Made by a program: the position numbers and the translations under genes
Notes under the pieces: generated by a model
Seen by the model: the letters and a program-made list of their open reading frames with translations, nothing else
Database searches by the model: none
Told to the model about the DNA's origin: nothing
Assembly: GCA_964016885.1 (NCBI GenBank)
Contig: OZ024743.1
Span: 82,398,001-82,462,000 of the forward strand
DNA: 64,000 nucleotides
Reading direction: 5' to 3'
Source of the DNA: Eledone cirrhosa
Taxonomy: Eukaryota
Shown here: one piece after another, positions 28,641 to 42,232 of the stretch
Layout: the number at the start of each line of letters is the position of its first letter
Position numbering within the stretch: the stretch's first letter is position 1

Positions 28641-29639
28641 CGGCCAGCGCCTGTGCCCCCATTAACAGTGAGACAGGTGGAGAGTGAGACAAATGGTGGC
28701 AGTGACGACACATGCAACCCACATGCAACCCAGCTAATACCACCCCCCAGTTCTACGAAAGGATGAAAGTTGGTCTCTGCAGGAATTGAACTCAGACAGC
28801 AAAGACCTAGAACATACACCACAAAACATTCTATTTGACACTCTAACGACTCTAGCAATTGACTGCTTTGAATAATTCCTTATATTCTAATACTATCTCA
28901 CCTTCTCATAACTGAACTCGTGCTTTCGAATGTTTAATCCTTTCCATACCAAAGCGCCTGAAGCCGCCACTGGTTCTATCATATAAAGGCATTAATATAT
29001 AAAAGTGTAGATATTTATGTAAAAATAATTTCATGTAAGAAACTTTAAGTTATGTTCCAAACATTAGCTTCATAATGAGTTTTCAAAATTATTTGAAAAT
29101 CATAAGCAATGTTTTTCATTAGAAATATAAAAGATTTGTGCTTATATTCTAATTTCTTATTTTTATTTCTTGCAAAATGTACTTCAGGCAAAATTTCCCT
29201 CCTGAAATAGTAATACACAAATTCTTGTATTATTTTGCTATTTTTATTGGTTACAGAAGTAGATTATGGTCATACTGGGGCACTGACTTGATTTATTCAA
29301 TCATACATACACGAGTATTTATTTCTTCGAGCCTGGCACTTATTTTATTGATATCCGCCAAGTTATGGGATATAAACACATAAGCGTAAACACACACACA
29401 CACACACACATATACTTATATGTATGTATATGTGTACATACACACAGCGTCCTTTTTCTGTTTCCGTTTTCCAAGATTTACTCAACCCGAAGCTATGATA
29501 TGACACTTGCCCAGGGTCCTATACAGCGAGACTGAACTCAGAATCACGTGGTTGCAGATATATATATTTATAAATGTGTGTAATATATATAAAATATATA
29601 TATATAATATTAATATTTATATATGTATATAGTATTAAT

Positions 29640-30117
29640 TTTCATCCTCAGTGTATACTGATTAATGTTCAGAGCCTTCCTCAGCATTCTCGTGTAGCAC
29701 CCATCCACCATCTGAGTGAGTTTCTTATTCAGTGTCCAAGTCTCAGACCCGTACAGCAGCACAGACTCCACTACAGCAATGAAGAGGCGGACCTTCAGGT
29801 CTTTACGAAGGTCCGACTTCCACACCGATCTCAAGCTGTATGGGAACCTCCCAAAAGGCAGCTCAAAAGTGACACAGGGGAGACTGAGGTTAGCTGGACA
29901 TGCTCACCGACATCCAGAGTTGACATTGCACTCAGTGCTCCTGTGGGAGCCCCTACATGGACACACTGGAAGAGGAAGACCAAGGTTAACGTATGTTGAT
30001 GCCCTAAGGACAGACACTGGTCTGTTGGAGACGCAGGACATGGCAGCGATAATGATGGACAGAGACCGCTGGAGAGAACTCGTCCATGGATCTCGAGAAT
30101 TTTACCTGCCCTAGATA
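29640..30117 (+). mobile_element. 5'-truncated, 5'-inverted RTE/RTE-X LINE insertion
   Basis: Minus part: KVRLFIAVVESVLLYGSETWTL..DGCYTRMLRKALNI. Plus part continues LYGNLPK..RLRLAGHAHRH..RGRPRLTYVD..DRDRWR. Candidate TSD ATATAGTATTAAT. Confidence 0.85.
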
Positions 30118-30302
30118 GATATAGTATTAATATTTATATATATGTGTAATATTAATATATATATATATATAGTATTAATATTTATATATATATGTAATAT
30201 TAATATATATATATAGTATTAATATTTATATATATATGTAATATTAATATATATATAGTGACGAAACATAAGTCAATTGCATGAACTCATAATCATTTAT
30301 TT

Positions 30303-30358
30303 ACTGCTATATATATTTCGATGATAGCCATTGAATGGCTATGACCTCATCAGGCAGT
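30303..30358 (-). ncRNA. Type I hammerhead ribozyme motif (family G), intact core
   Basis: Minus strand: actgc CTGATGA GGTCATAGCCAT-TCA-ATGGCTATCATC GAAA TATATA TA gcagt. Confidence 0.85.
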
Positions 30359-31430
30359 TAGTCAGTTCTTAGATATGCCAGCTCTGTGTTTATAGTGTTG
30401 ATGGTATCAGAGCCTTGGGACATATGAACTTGTTAGGAATAATTTAATGTTGTCAGCAGGAACAGTCTTAATTCTCATTGGTCAGTTTGTAGATGCTAGT
30501 AGGGTTGGTATTTGACCTCAAAGAGGCAGGTGGTGTTGTAAAGTTCAAACCGTCAGGCAAGATGACAATAGTTCCATATGACTGATTTTCACAAAAAGCA
30601 TTCCTGGTCAGATATATATTCAATTAAGGTTAATAGTATGAAATAGATACTACAGGTCATTCTTAATTTGAGGAATTTATGTGGAGTGGTGCTACTGAAA
30701 TTATGGTTAGAGTAGAACATTTACAAATAAAAAGACTTATGTAGGTTGGCTTGCACGTACACTCACACCCACCTCCACACACACACACACACATCCACAC
30801 ATACAAATTGAGGAATTAATGTGGGGTGGTAATACTTAAAATAATGGTTAGAGTCAAATACTTAGATAGTTTAGAAAATTTAGAGATAAAAGGCTTATGT
30901 TGGTTGACTTGTACATACACTCACACCGACCCCCTCAGACACACACACATCTACACACAAATCCATACAGGTATATATATATATATATAAAATACATATA
31001 TATACACAAAACATACAAATATATAAAATATATATATATATATATAATATATATATATATACATAAAATATATATACATATAAAATACATATATATATAA
31101 AATATACATACACACATATATATAAAATACACATATACACACATATATATATAAAATACACATATATATATATAAAATACACACATATACACATATAAAA
31201 TATATATATATATACATATAATATATATATATATACATATAATATATATATATATATAAAATTGTTCAATAAAATGTGGTTTTGATGACTCCTAACCAGT
31301 AAAGGATCCGGTGGACCATCCACCATAGGGACCACAAACTATGGGTGGTTGTTGTTGTCCATTGGTCATTGGTACAGAGTGTAGGGGACCTACAGGGGGG
31401 GGGGGCGTTGTGGGAGGCCTTAACCGGGGT

Positions 31431-32250
31431 TTATCCATATAGCTTGAGGAAAGTTCCCGTCATTAGGTGTCTGCAGGCACCGAATAAGTCGGCCCTTCTG
31501 TTTAATAGCTTGGTTCCGCCATGAAGTATCTCGAGTGTCTCACTAAGACAGAGGTTGCAAATACCAGACCCGCCTTTGTCTGGGGAAACCTTTCTAACCA
31601 CGGACCAGACCAGAGAGTGCGGGGTCTTTTCAAGTTTGAGCTTCCAGATCAATTCAGAAAGGGCCGTACATTTCCTCTTATCTATTCTGTTAAAGGAATG
31701 GCGATGGTTATACCACCGATATTTGAAGCTCGTCGCTGTGGATCCTATGTAGTGGTGCTCCGAGTAAGGGGTTGTGACCTTGCACCTGTAGACTACGTTT
31801 TTCGTCATGCATTCATTACTAAGGGAGCATAGTGATGGGTCTCTGCAATTACATGACTTCTTAAGCACCACCACATGTACCGCGTGGTTACCATCACTCG
31901 GGGTTGGCTGGGTAGCCTCCGCAATCAGCACAGACAGCGTCGTTGGGTTCCAGTGTGCTAGTTGGGCCTGTCCGGGTTCAGTGCTGGTTCTGTTGGGTGG
32001 CTCCGGGGTTTATGGTGGTATTAGAGGCAGTGAGCCTATTCCTATTTATGCCAGCTATGTGCTGGGCTACGGAGCGTGTGGTTGAGTAGGAAAGCTTCAC
32101 CGTGTGTCTATTCAATATGTTATGGTACTTGTGGGCCCTAGAGAAACATTTATCCAGTACTCTAAAGAATGTTCTAGCCAGGCTGGTACGTAGACCCACC
32201 GAGTACGGAGGGTTATACCATGTGACGTTCCTGGTCCTATTCTTGCGATA
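31431..32250 (-). pseudogene. PLE ORF C-terminus: RT thumb/linker and GIY-YIG endonuclease (frameshifted)
   Basis: VTWYNPPYS..ILNRHTVKLSYS; CNCRDPSLCSLSNEC; NVVYRC..HYIGSTATSFKYRWYNH; CNLCLSE..LLN..CRH. Confidence 0.9.
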
Positions 32251-32335
32251 TATATAATATTTATATATATATATATAATATTTGTATATATATTTCAGAT
32301 ATATATATATATATCTTATATATATATAATATTTG

Positions 32336-32372
<37 letters not shown>

Positions 32373-32670
32373 CTGATATATATATATAAATATTATATAT
32401 ATCGCAAGAATAGGACCAGGAAGGTCACATGGTATAACCCTCCGTACTCGGTGGGTCTACGTACCAGCCTGGCTAGAACATTCTTTAGATTAGAGCAAAC
32501 ATCACGGACGCTCTATCTCAAAATTTTTTTGAAAAGCATTTAGAAATGCGCAACCGGTACAACTTAAAACCAAAACTGAATACTAACCAATACTATTACT
32601 AATTCTCACTTATTCCTAATTAAACTATTTTTCACTGTGAACAATTTGTCAGCATTTTCTTTTCCGTTTA

Positions 32671-32709
<39 letters not shown>

Positions 32710-32760
32710 TGTATATATATATATATATATAATACTTATATATATATATATATATATAAA

Positions 32761-32829
<69 letters not shown>

Positions 32830-32871
32830 TATATATATATATATATATATATAATATTTGTATATATATAT

Positions 32872-32924
<53 letters not shown>

Positions 32925-32926
32925 GT

Positions 32927-32958
<32 letters not shown>

Positions 32959-33004
32959 GTATATGTATATATATATAATACTTATATATATATATATATA
33001 TAAA

Positions 33005-33061
<57 letters not shown>

Positions 33062-33185
33062 TATATATATATATATCTATATATATATATATATATCATA
33101 TATATATATATATATCATATATATATATCATATATATATATATATATCATATATATATATCATATATATATATATATATATATAT

Positions 33186-33259
<74 letters not shown>

Positions 33260-33344
33260 TATATATATATATATATATATATCATATATATATATATATA
33301 TATATCATATATATATATATATGTATACATATATATATATATGT

Positions 33345-33397
<53 letters not shown>

Positions 33398-33399
<2 letters not shown>

Positions 33400-33586
33400 G
33401 ATCCCGGGTTAAATCGGGGATAACCACAGTAAGTAAGGTACTCAATACATAGCAGAGTAAAAGTAATTTAATATAGAATTGGCTTCTACAGGACTAGAAC
33501 AGTTTCATTCGGAGGAAATCATCAGAAAACCCCTGGGCTTTCTGATGATTTCCTCCCCATGAAACAGTTCTAGTCCTGTAGAAGCC

Positions 33587-33592
<6 letters not shown>
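33398..33592 (-). mobile_element. Fold-back element family B with two back-to-back HHR-like motifs
   Basis: Plus strand 33536-33586: GGCTTT CTGATGA TTTCCTCCCCAT GAAA CAG-ttctagtc-CTG TA GAAGCC. Mirror copy on the minus strand at 33481-33531; tail at 33398-33480. Confidence 0.7.
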
Positions 33593-33667
<75 letters not shown>

Positions 33668-33758
33668 TATATATATTATATATATATATAAGATAAATCA
33701 AATGATATTATATATATATATATAAATATATATTATATATATATATATAAATATATAT

Positions 33759-33814
<56 letters not shown>

Positions 33815-33827
33815 TATATATATATGT

Positions 33828-33862
<35 letters not shown>

Positions 33863-33970
33863 AATATATATATATATATATAATATATATATTATAGATA
33901 TATATAGTATATATATATATATATTATATATATATATTATACATATATATATATTATACATATATATATA

Positions 33971-34024
<54 letters not shown>

Positions 34025-34198
34025 TATATATATATGTATAATATATATATATATGTATAATATATATATATGTATAATATATATATATATAATATATATA
34101 TATCATGTTTATATTTATCTCACTCTCTCTCTCTCTCTGTATATATATATATATATGTATATAAATAATAACGATCCCGATGACAATGAATATGGATG

Positions 34199-34266
<68 letters not shown>

Positions 34267-34419
34267 CAAACAAATAAATGAAAATTGTTAAGTCACATGA
34301 TATAAGTTTGCATAGAAATAGCATATATATATATATATAATTGTTTCTACTAATTGTATATATATATATATGTGTGTGTGTTTGTACACTCACGTTAGGA
34401 TATATATAGTAGAGGGATA

Positions 34420-34496
<77 letters not shown>

Positions 34497-34543
34497 CGCA
34501 CACATACACATACATATATATAATGTATATGTATATATATGTG

Positions 34544-34575
<32 letters not shown>

Positions 34576-34750
34576 TACGCACACATACACATACACATAT
34601 ATATAATGTATATGTGTGTGTGTGTAATATTTTTCCTATCAGTTTTGTAGCAATTAGATAAATATTGTTCAGACACAATTTATGTTGATTAATAAAACTG
34701 AGAGATAGTTTTTCAGGGCAAACATTATTGGACTGCATGATCTGAGGACT

Positions 34751-34822
<72 letters not shown>

Positions 34823-34913
34823 GTGAGAGAGAGATAACAGATATATATATATATCCACTCGGAAATAAATGTAGTAAATATACATACACATGCAAATGTA
34901 TATATATATATAA

Positions 34914-34995
<82 letters not shown>

Positions 34996-35062
34996 ATACT
35001 TATATATATATACATATATATATATACATATATATATATACTTATCTATATATATATATATA

Positions 35063-35143
<81 letters not shown>

Positions 35144-35263
35144 TTGTATAATCGCATGTGTATATCTAGAAAATGAAAGGGGGGTAGTGTACGGCAGACT
35201 CACACACAAGGAGCTATAGAAAGGTAGAAAAACAAATAGATATATATTAAGAGATATAGGTAC

Positions 35264-35264
<1 letters not shown>

Positions 35265-35358
<94 letters not shown>

Positions 35359-36512
35359 CAGGTAGATCTATAGATATATAGATGGATAGATAGATAGTGA
35401 GTTATAGATACATAGACAGATAGTTATATAAATAGATATATAGATAGATGTATAGATATATATATGGATAGATATATATAGATAGTTATATAGATATATA
35501 TATAGATGTATAGATAGATATATGGATATATATATAGATATATGGATGGATATATCTATATAGATGTATAGATAGATATATTGATATATATATAGATATA
35601 TGGATGGATAGATATATAGATGTATAGATAGATATATGGATATATATATAGATATATGGATGGATAGATATATAGATAGATAGATATATATAGATGTATA
35701 GATAGATATATGGATATATATATAGATATATGGATGGATAGATATATAGATAGATATATATATATAGATGTATAGATAGATATATTGATATATATATATA
35801 TAGATATATGGATGGATAGATATATAGATATATATATATTTTTGTATAGATAGATATATTAATATATATATAGATATATGGATGGATAGATATATAGATA
35901 GATATATATATATATATATGTATAGATAGATATATGGATATATATATAGATATATGGATGGATAGATATATAGATATATATATATATATAGATGTATAGA
36001 TAGATATATGGATATACATATAGATATATGGATGAATAGATATATAGATAGATATATATATATAGATGTATAGATAGATATATGGATATATATATAGATA
36101 TATGGATGGATAGATATATAGATAGATATATATATATAGATGTATAGATAGATATATTGATATATATATAGATATATGGATGGATAGATATATAGATAGA
36201 TAGATATATATAGATGTAAAGATAGATATATGGATATATATATAGATATATGGATGAATAGATATATAGATAGATATATATATATAGATGTATGGATAGA
36301 TATATTGATATATATATAGATATATGGATGGATAGATATATAGATAGATATATATATATAGATGTATAGATAGATATATGGATATACATATAGATATATG
36401 GATGAATAGATATATAGATAGATATATATATATATAGATGTATAGATAGATATATGGATATATATATAGATATATGGATGAATAGATATATAGATACATA
36501 TATGGATAGATA
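35265..36512. repeat. (GATA)n followed by a higher-order ~75-80-bp GATA/GGAT-derived tandem repeat
   Basis: Recurrent GATATATGGATGGATAGATATATAGATAG..GATGTATAGATAG units. Confidence 0.85.
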
Positions 36513-36979
36513 AACAGCTGTATGAGGCGGAGAGAGATAGAGAAAGGTGATTATTGATTAGGTTAATGTTTCTAAGTAAAGTACGTCTGGAAGAGAATTG
36601 CATTCGTCATTGATAAAAATATTCTCCTAATTTATTGTAAAGGAAAGAAATCTAGAGAGAAAAATGTTAATTTTAAATATGAGATGGAAAATATAAAATA
36701 TAGCCGTGTATTTGTTTTCTATATTTCTTAGAAATATGTATATGCCCTCTCGCCATTCTCTCTACTTTCATCTCTCTCTCTTTCTCTGTCTTTCTACCTT
36801 GTTTATGTCTTCTCAAACTCACATACAGATACGAATATATAACACACACACTCACACACACATATATATATTATACACACATACACACATGTATATATAT
36901 ATGTATGTATATGAGTCCACGAGCGCAGTTGCGTGTGCATAAATGTATCTATGTATGAATATATATATATATATATATA

Positions 36980-37060
<81 letters not shown>

Positions 37061-37232
37061 GTCACACACAATATATATTATTTTGTATGAACACATATGT
37101 GCGCATGTAAATTCTTGGTGTGAGTGTGTGGGGGGAGGGGAGGCATCGAGGGACCAAAGCAATATGGTGCCTTCCTTGGCTGCAAATGTCTTGTATAAAG
37201 GTAGACTTAAGACCACATAACTATTATTTGAA

Positions 37233-37411
37233 TTGGCAGTATCGGTAGGGGGTTGGACGCCATGCTTTCTAGGATAGTTACGTCCCTTTACAGTCTGAGT
37301 TCAAATCCCGCCGAGGTTAACTTTGCCTTTCATCCTTACGGGGGTCGATAAAATAAAGTACCAGTAATGTACTGGGTAATTGCTGGCCTTGTGCCTAAAA
37401 TAGAAACAATT
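37233..37411 (+). mobile_element. SINE S1 copy
   Basis: TTGGCAGTATCGG A-box, GAGTTCAAATCCCG B-box, full 3' end. Confidence 0.85.
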
Positions 37412-37869
37412 ATATGTTAGACGCTATAAGGCAATATACACATAAATGTCTCTCTCACCACTGTCACAGTCTCTCTCTCTCTCTCTCTCTCACACCACTG
37501 CCACAGTCTCTCTCTCTCTCTCTCTCTCACCACTGCCACAGTCTCTATCTCTCTCAAATACTCACATACATACGCTCATATGCACACACATACATACACG
37601 CATGCATACTTATATACCTATAAACATATATACATAAAAACATACACACATATATACGTACATACACACACATACACACATATATATACACGTACATACA
37701 CACACATATATATACACGTAGATACACACATGATTTTTGATAGAATTCGTTTCGTTTCGCTTCTGAACTAATCTGGTCACAATTGCTAAAGATGAGATCA
37801 GGATTAAGTTTTTCACATAAATAAAGTACATTACACACTATACTACTACTACTACTACTACTAATAATA

Positions 37870-38565
37870 ATGATTTCATTTATTGGCCACAAGAGCCGAC
37901 ATATAGGGGACAATACAAAAGACTGGGACAGTGGGGTTTTACAGAAAAAATCAAGTAAACAATATGAATAACAATAACAAAGTAACAAGAAAAATACAAG
38001 AAAAATTCCCCAATAGGGGATGACCTCCCATGGTTCGCTCAGGTACCCCACCAATCCTGAACGACCCAACGCTTCGAGAGCACCCTGGAAGGGCCCCCCA
38101 TCCTCCTCAAATTTACCCACCTACAGCCGCATGACCAGAGTAGGCCCACTCACACGGGCCATTCTCGCCACATTCACCCACCTTTCAGCAAATGTACTGA
38201 GGGCCAGAACTTCTCTCTCCACCCTCACCTTCCTTTCCAAGTGAAACTTGAAAAAGTTGCTGAGGGATTGGCCGAAGAGAAAAGTGTCTGTCTTCAGTCC
38301 TTTCAACCTCGTCCACCATACAACCTCTTTCGCTGTTGCCACCAGACAGAGGAAAATTGCCTGCCCTTCCTGGCCAAAAGAAGGCGGCGGGTCGATCTTC
38401 ACTATGGACTCGACCGATAGCCGGAATCCGTTCTACACGCGACAACAGCTGTTCGACATAACTCCACAAGTCAGTAATGCATGGACACTGGACAAGTGCG
38501 TGCAGAACGGTTTCCTCGCTCTGTGCGCATCTCGGGCAGGTCCGTCTGACAGCACTTCAGTGCAT
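37870..38565 (-). pseudogene. L1/Tx1-type LINE 3' end (ORF2 CCHC zinc-finger region and 3' UTR)
   Basis: CPRCAQSEETVLHALVQC (C-x2-C-x8-H-x4-C), then DLWSYVEQLL..AKEVVWWTR..FAERW; AATAAA followed by a (TAT)/(TAG) tail. Confidence 0.8.
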
Positions 38566-39050
38566 GTAGAGTTTATCTCCCACACTTCAGTGACGAAACA
38601 ACAACAGCCATCCGCAGAGCTATCAGACGAGAGGGACTAGATACCCAACTAGCCCACTCAGGACCTTCTCTACGCGGAGAGCTAACCAAAAGACACTCCA
38701 CCAGACATGACAGCGGCTGCAGTCTAGCCAACTGCCCCATCAACGACACAGACCTATGCCACCAGGCCTACGTCGTATACAGACTAGATTGCGACAAATG
38801 CAGCAACTTCTATGTAGGTAGCACCACCAGACCACTTCACATAAGAATAAAAGAACACCTCAATACTAACGCTTCCTCATTTAAGAAACACCTAGTGAAA
38901 TGCAAAAACACCGACAAAACCATAACAGTTAGGATAGAAACTAAGGAAAGAAACCTCGATAATCTTAGAATTAAGGAAGCACTGATTATAGACAAAACGC
39001 AACCACCAATCAATAATAGACTAGAACTCAACACCCAATTTATAACTTGA
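38566..39050 (+). pseudogene. PLE ORF C-terminus with GIY-YIG endonuclease (not in the ORF track because it has no start codon)
   Basis: Manual translation: YLPHFSDETTTAIRRAIRREGL..CSLANCPINDTDLC..YVVYRLDCDKCSNFYVGSTTRPLHIRIKEH..FKKHL..LRIKEALII..PPINNRLE, stop near 39050. Confidence 0.85.
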
Positions 39051-39450
39051 TAGAGCATCTTACCCCATACTTACAACCCCCCCCCCCCCACACACACACG
39101 CACGCACACACACAAACACACACACAAACACGCTTACACCTCCACTTATTCTCTCTCACACACACACATACACACACAAAGACCAGTTCTAACACGAGAG
39201 AGCATCTATCCCCCACATTTACGTATAGACATATCTTCTCACACTCACACACACACAGACATACTTACACCTTCACGTATTCTCCCACACACTTAAACAT
39301 ACATGTACAAAACCCCTTTTAAAGGGAGACTACTCTTTATCCACCTAACCTTCAATCTTTGACATTAGAGATAGAACAGATACTCTATACCATTTCCTGT
39401 CAGCATGACTTGGCAAGCTATTTAGAACGCTGGTTTAACCGCTTTACTTC

Positions 39451-39485
39451 CCTCCGAAGAAGAGATATTATCTCGAAAATTAAGG
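39451..39485 (+). ncRNA. Minimal hammerhead-like motif with CCGAAGA core in the PLE 3' UTR
   Basis: cct CCGAAGA AGAGAT-ATT-ATCTC GAAA AT TA agg, ~400 bp downstream of the GIY-YIG stop on the same strand. Confidence 0.6.
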
Positions 39486-39811
39486 ACATTTAAATAAATT
39501 TAAGGTAAAACACTAATTGTCAACAATATATTTTGCATTTGCATTTATATTCTATGTCCATACCTGCAAATACAAAAATACAAACGTTTATATATATGGG
39601 ATAATAAGTTATTGTTAAAGGTAATCCAGTTAGAGGTTGTGAGTACTCTATAATGTGAATAGTTTTATCGTACGGCATTCTTTGACCCAACAAGAGGTTT
39701 CCTTAGTTAGGTAGCGAGTTCCCGAGAATTTCCATGCAGGTTATTCTTGGAATAATAGTAGTGAAAGGTGAAGAATAACATGGTCGGCTGTACAAAAAGG
39801 TTTTATTTCTA

Positions 39812-39922
39812 GTATTAACAATTGTTTCATTGACCAGGTGAGTCTAAAGGCCGCTAATCACTCGAAGTTACGTCACTCGAACTTAAATGCAGTGTTTACC
39901 TCTGATCAAATCATCGGAATAC
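39812..39922 (-). ncRNA. Hammerhead-like motif with CCGATGA core and very long stem II
   Basis: Minus strand: gtatt CCGATGA TTTGATC..~65 nt..GGTCAAT GAAA CAATTG TT aatac. Confidence 0.5.
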
Positions 39923-40028
39923 TGTATTTAAGGTCGAGTGGCGCAACTTCGAGTGATTAGCGTCGTCATTGAAATATATATCACAGCATTATTATTAAAC
40001 GACTTGAACATCTGAAACTACTTCGCTT

Positions 40029-40063
<35 letters not shown>

Positions 40064-40525
40064 AAAATGTATGAAAAAGAGAAAATAGGAAAAAGAGCTC
40101 TGCCGTCTGGGTCATACTTTTTCCTATTTCCCACTCTACTACCCTAAGTATTGAGTACTCTGGTGCATTATGATCCATCTGGTTCCTTACCACAATTCCT
40201 TTGTTATATATATATATATAATGGTATTCAGCCGTTATTCTCGCCTTGGCCAGTACTAACGTTTGTGTGTTGGTGTCAATGGTTTTTAGTGATATTACAA
40301 ACCCCATCCCACAACACCACCATTATTCTCCACTGACGATACTTCTTCACCTGTTATCACCACATCTATTGATTTGGAGAGTCAGAGAACAATAGCTAAG
40401 TGTTATTGTATTGTTGTTAGTTAATTCTATATTATCGATCTCCTATAAATTCAGTAACAGCTCTCCTGACTGATATTAGATTTTATACACACATGCGAAC
40501 ACACGTCTGCACACGCATAAGTATA

Positions 40526-40581
<56 letters not shown>

Positions 40582-40651
40582 CATATAGTGTGTGTGTGTG
40601 TGTATAGATGTGTGTGTGTGCGTATATATATGTGTGTCTGTAGATATGTAG

Positions 40652-40691
<40 letters not shown>

Positions 40692-40702
40692 GTGTGTGTG
40701 TG

Positions 40703-40776
<74 letters not shown>

Positions 40777-41222
40777 GGAAAATGTTCAAGACCCCGACGG
40801 CAGAGCTCCTTCGTTATATATAACTATATATATATATATATACTCTTATACATGTTCCAGCCATCCGGCTGAGGTCATGCTCAGGCACCGCCCTTGTTGC
40901 TACACATTCTCTCTCCAGCCTGTGTTGGCTGGCCATTGGTGTAAGAGGGAGTTCGTTGGTGCTGCCCTTAGGTTACCTTCGTAACGTGCTGTAAGCTCAT
41001 CCGGGATCCTGGATATATGTATATATGTATATGTATATATGTATATGTATATATGTATATGTATATATGTATATATGTCGGGTGGTCGGCAACTAAACCG
41101 GCAACCCCACCAAGTTTACTTGGTGGGGGATTTTGAACACACTGCAGGACAAAAAAACAAAAACTGGCAAAGGGCGGAAGAACTCATAAGAGTCAATGGC
41201 CATCCAAAAATTAGTGAATATG

Positions 41223-41258
<36 letters not shown>

Positions 41259-41376
41259 GGAACAAGCATTATTGCCCACTCTACTACCCTTAGTATTGAG
41301 TATTTGGTGCGTTATGGTCCATCTGGTTACTTACCACATTACCTTCGTTATATATATATAGTAATCTGTTATTTTA

Positions 41377-41414
<38 letters not shown>

Positions 41415-41455
41415 TAAAATAACAGATTACTATATATATATATATTTATATTTAT

Positions 41456-41678
<223 letters not shown>

Positions 41679-41692
41679 CATACATATATATA

Positions 41693-41985
41693 TAAATGGA
41701 ATAGAATGAAACGAAATTTCATTTCTCACTCTTAGGACGGCACTTACTTAAATGTAAGTATGTATGTATACGTACATACATATATGTATACAGACGTACA
41801 GTAGTATGTATATATATACACACATGCACACATATATACATGCACGTATCGGTTTACCGAACATTTATTATAATAAATGTTCGGTAAACCGATACGTGCA
41901 TGTATATATGTGTGCATGTGTGTATATACATACATACTACTGTACGTCTGTATACATATATGTATGTACGTATACATACATACAT
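41693..41985. mobile_element. Fold-back element family H
   Basis: ~226-bp spacer-less palindrome centred at 41870/41871; non-palindromic relatives at 46092-46345 and 47335-47921. Confidence 0.75.
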
Positions 41986-41986
41986 A

Positions 41987-42062
<76 letters not shown>

Positions 42063-42178
42063 GGCTATGCACAAAGGCACACGTACTAACGTCTGACAAT
42101 AAAGAGCCATCTAGCACTATACATAGAAACATGTGTAGAAATCTTCCTCCATATATACACCCACGTAAGCTACACTCG

Positions 42179-42232
<54 letters not shown>

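Larger units (their letters stand above)
30258..32250 (-). mobile_element. 5'-truncated Penelope-like retroelement (Hydra-like C-terminal endonuclease) with 3' UTR/pLTR
   Basis: Thumb/linker and GIY-YIG coding remnant followed on the same strand by a UTR containing a hammerhead; bounded by TA-rich arrays. Confidence 0.75.

Noticed and set aside
35368-36603. 411-aa and 337-aa ORFs
   Set aside because: Translations of a GATA-derived tandem repeat; no protein-like complexity.
37233-37320. A-box/B-box sequences as tRNA genes
   Set aside because: They are SINE heads; no complete cloverleaf and always followed by the SINE body.
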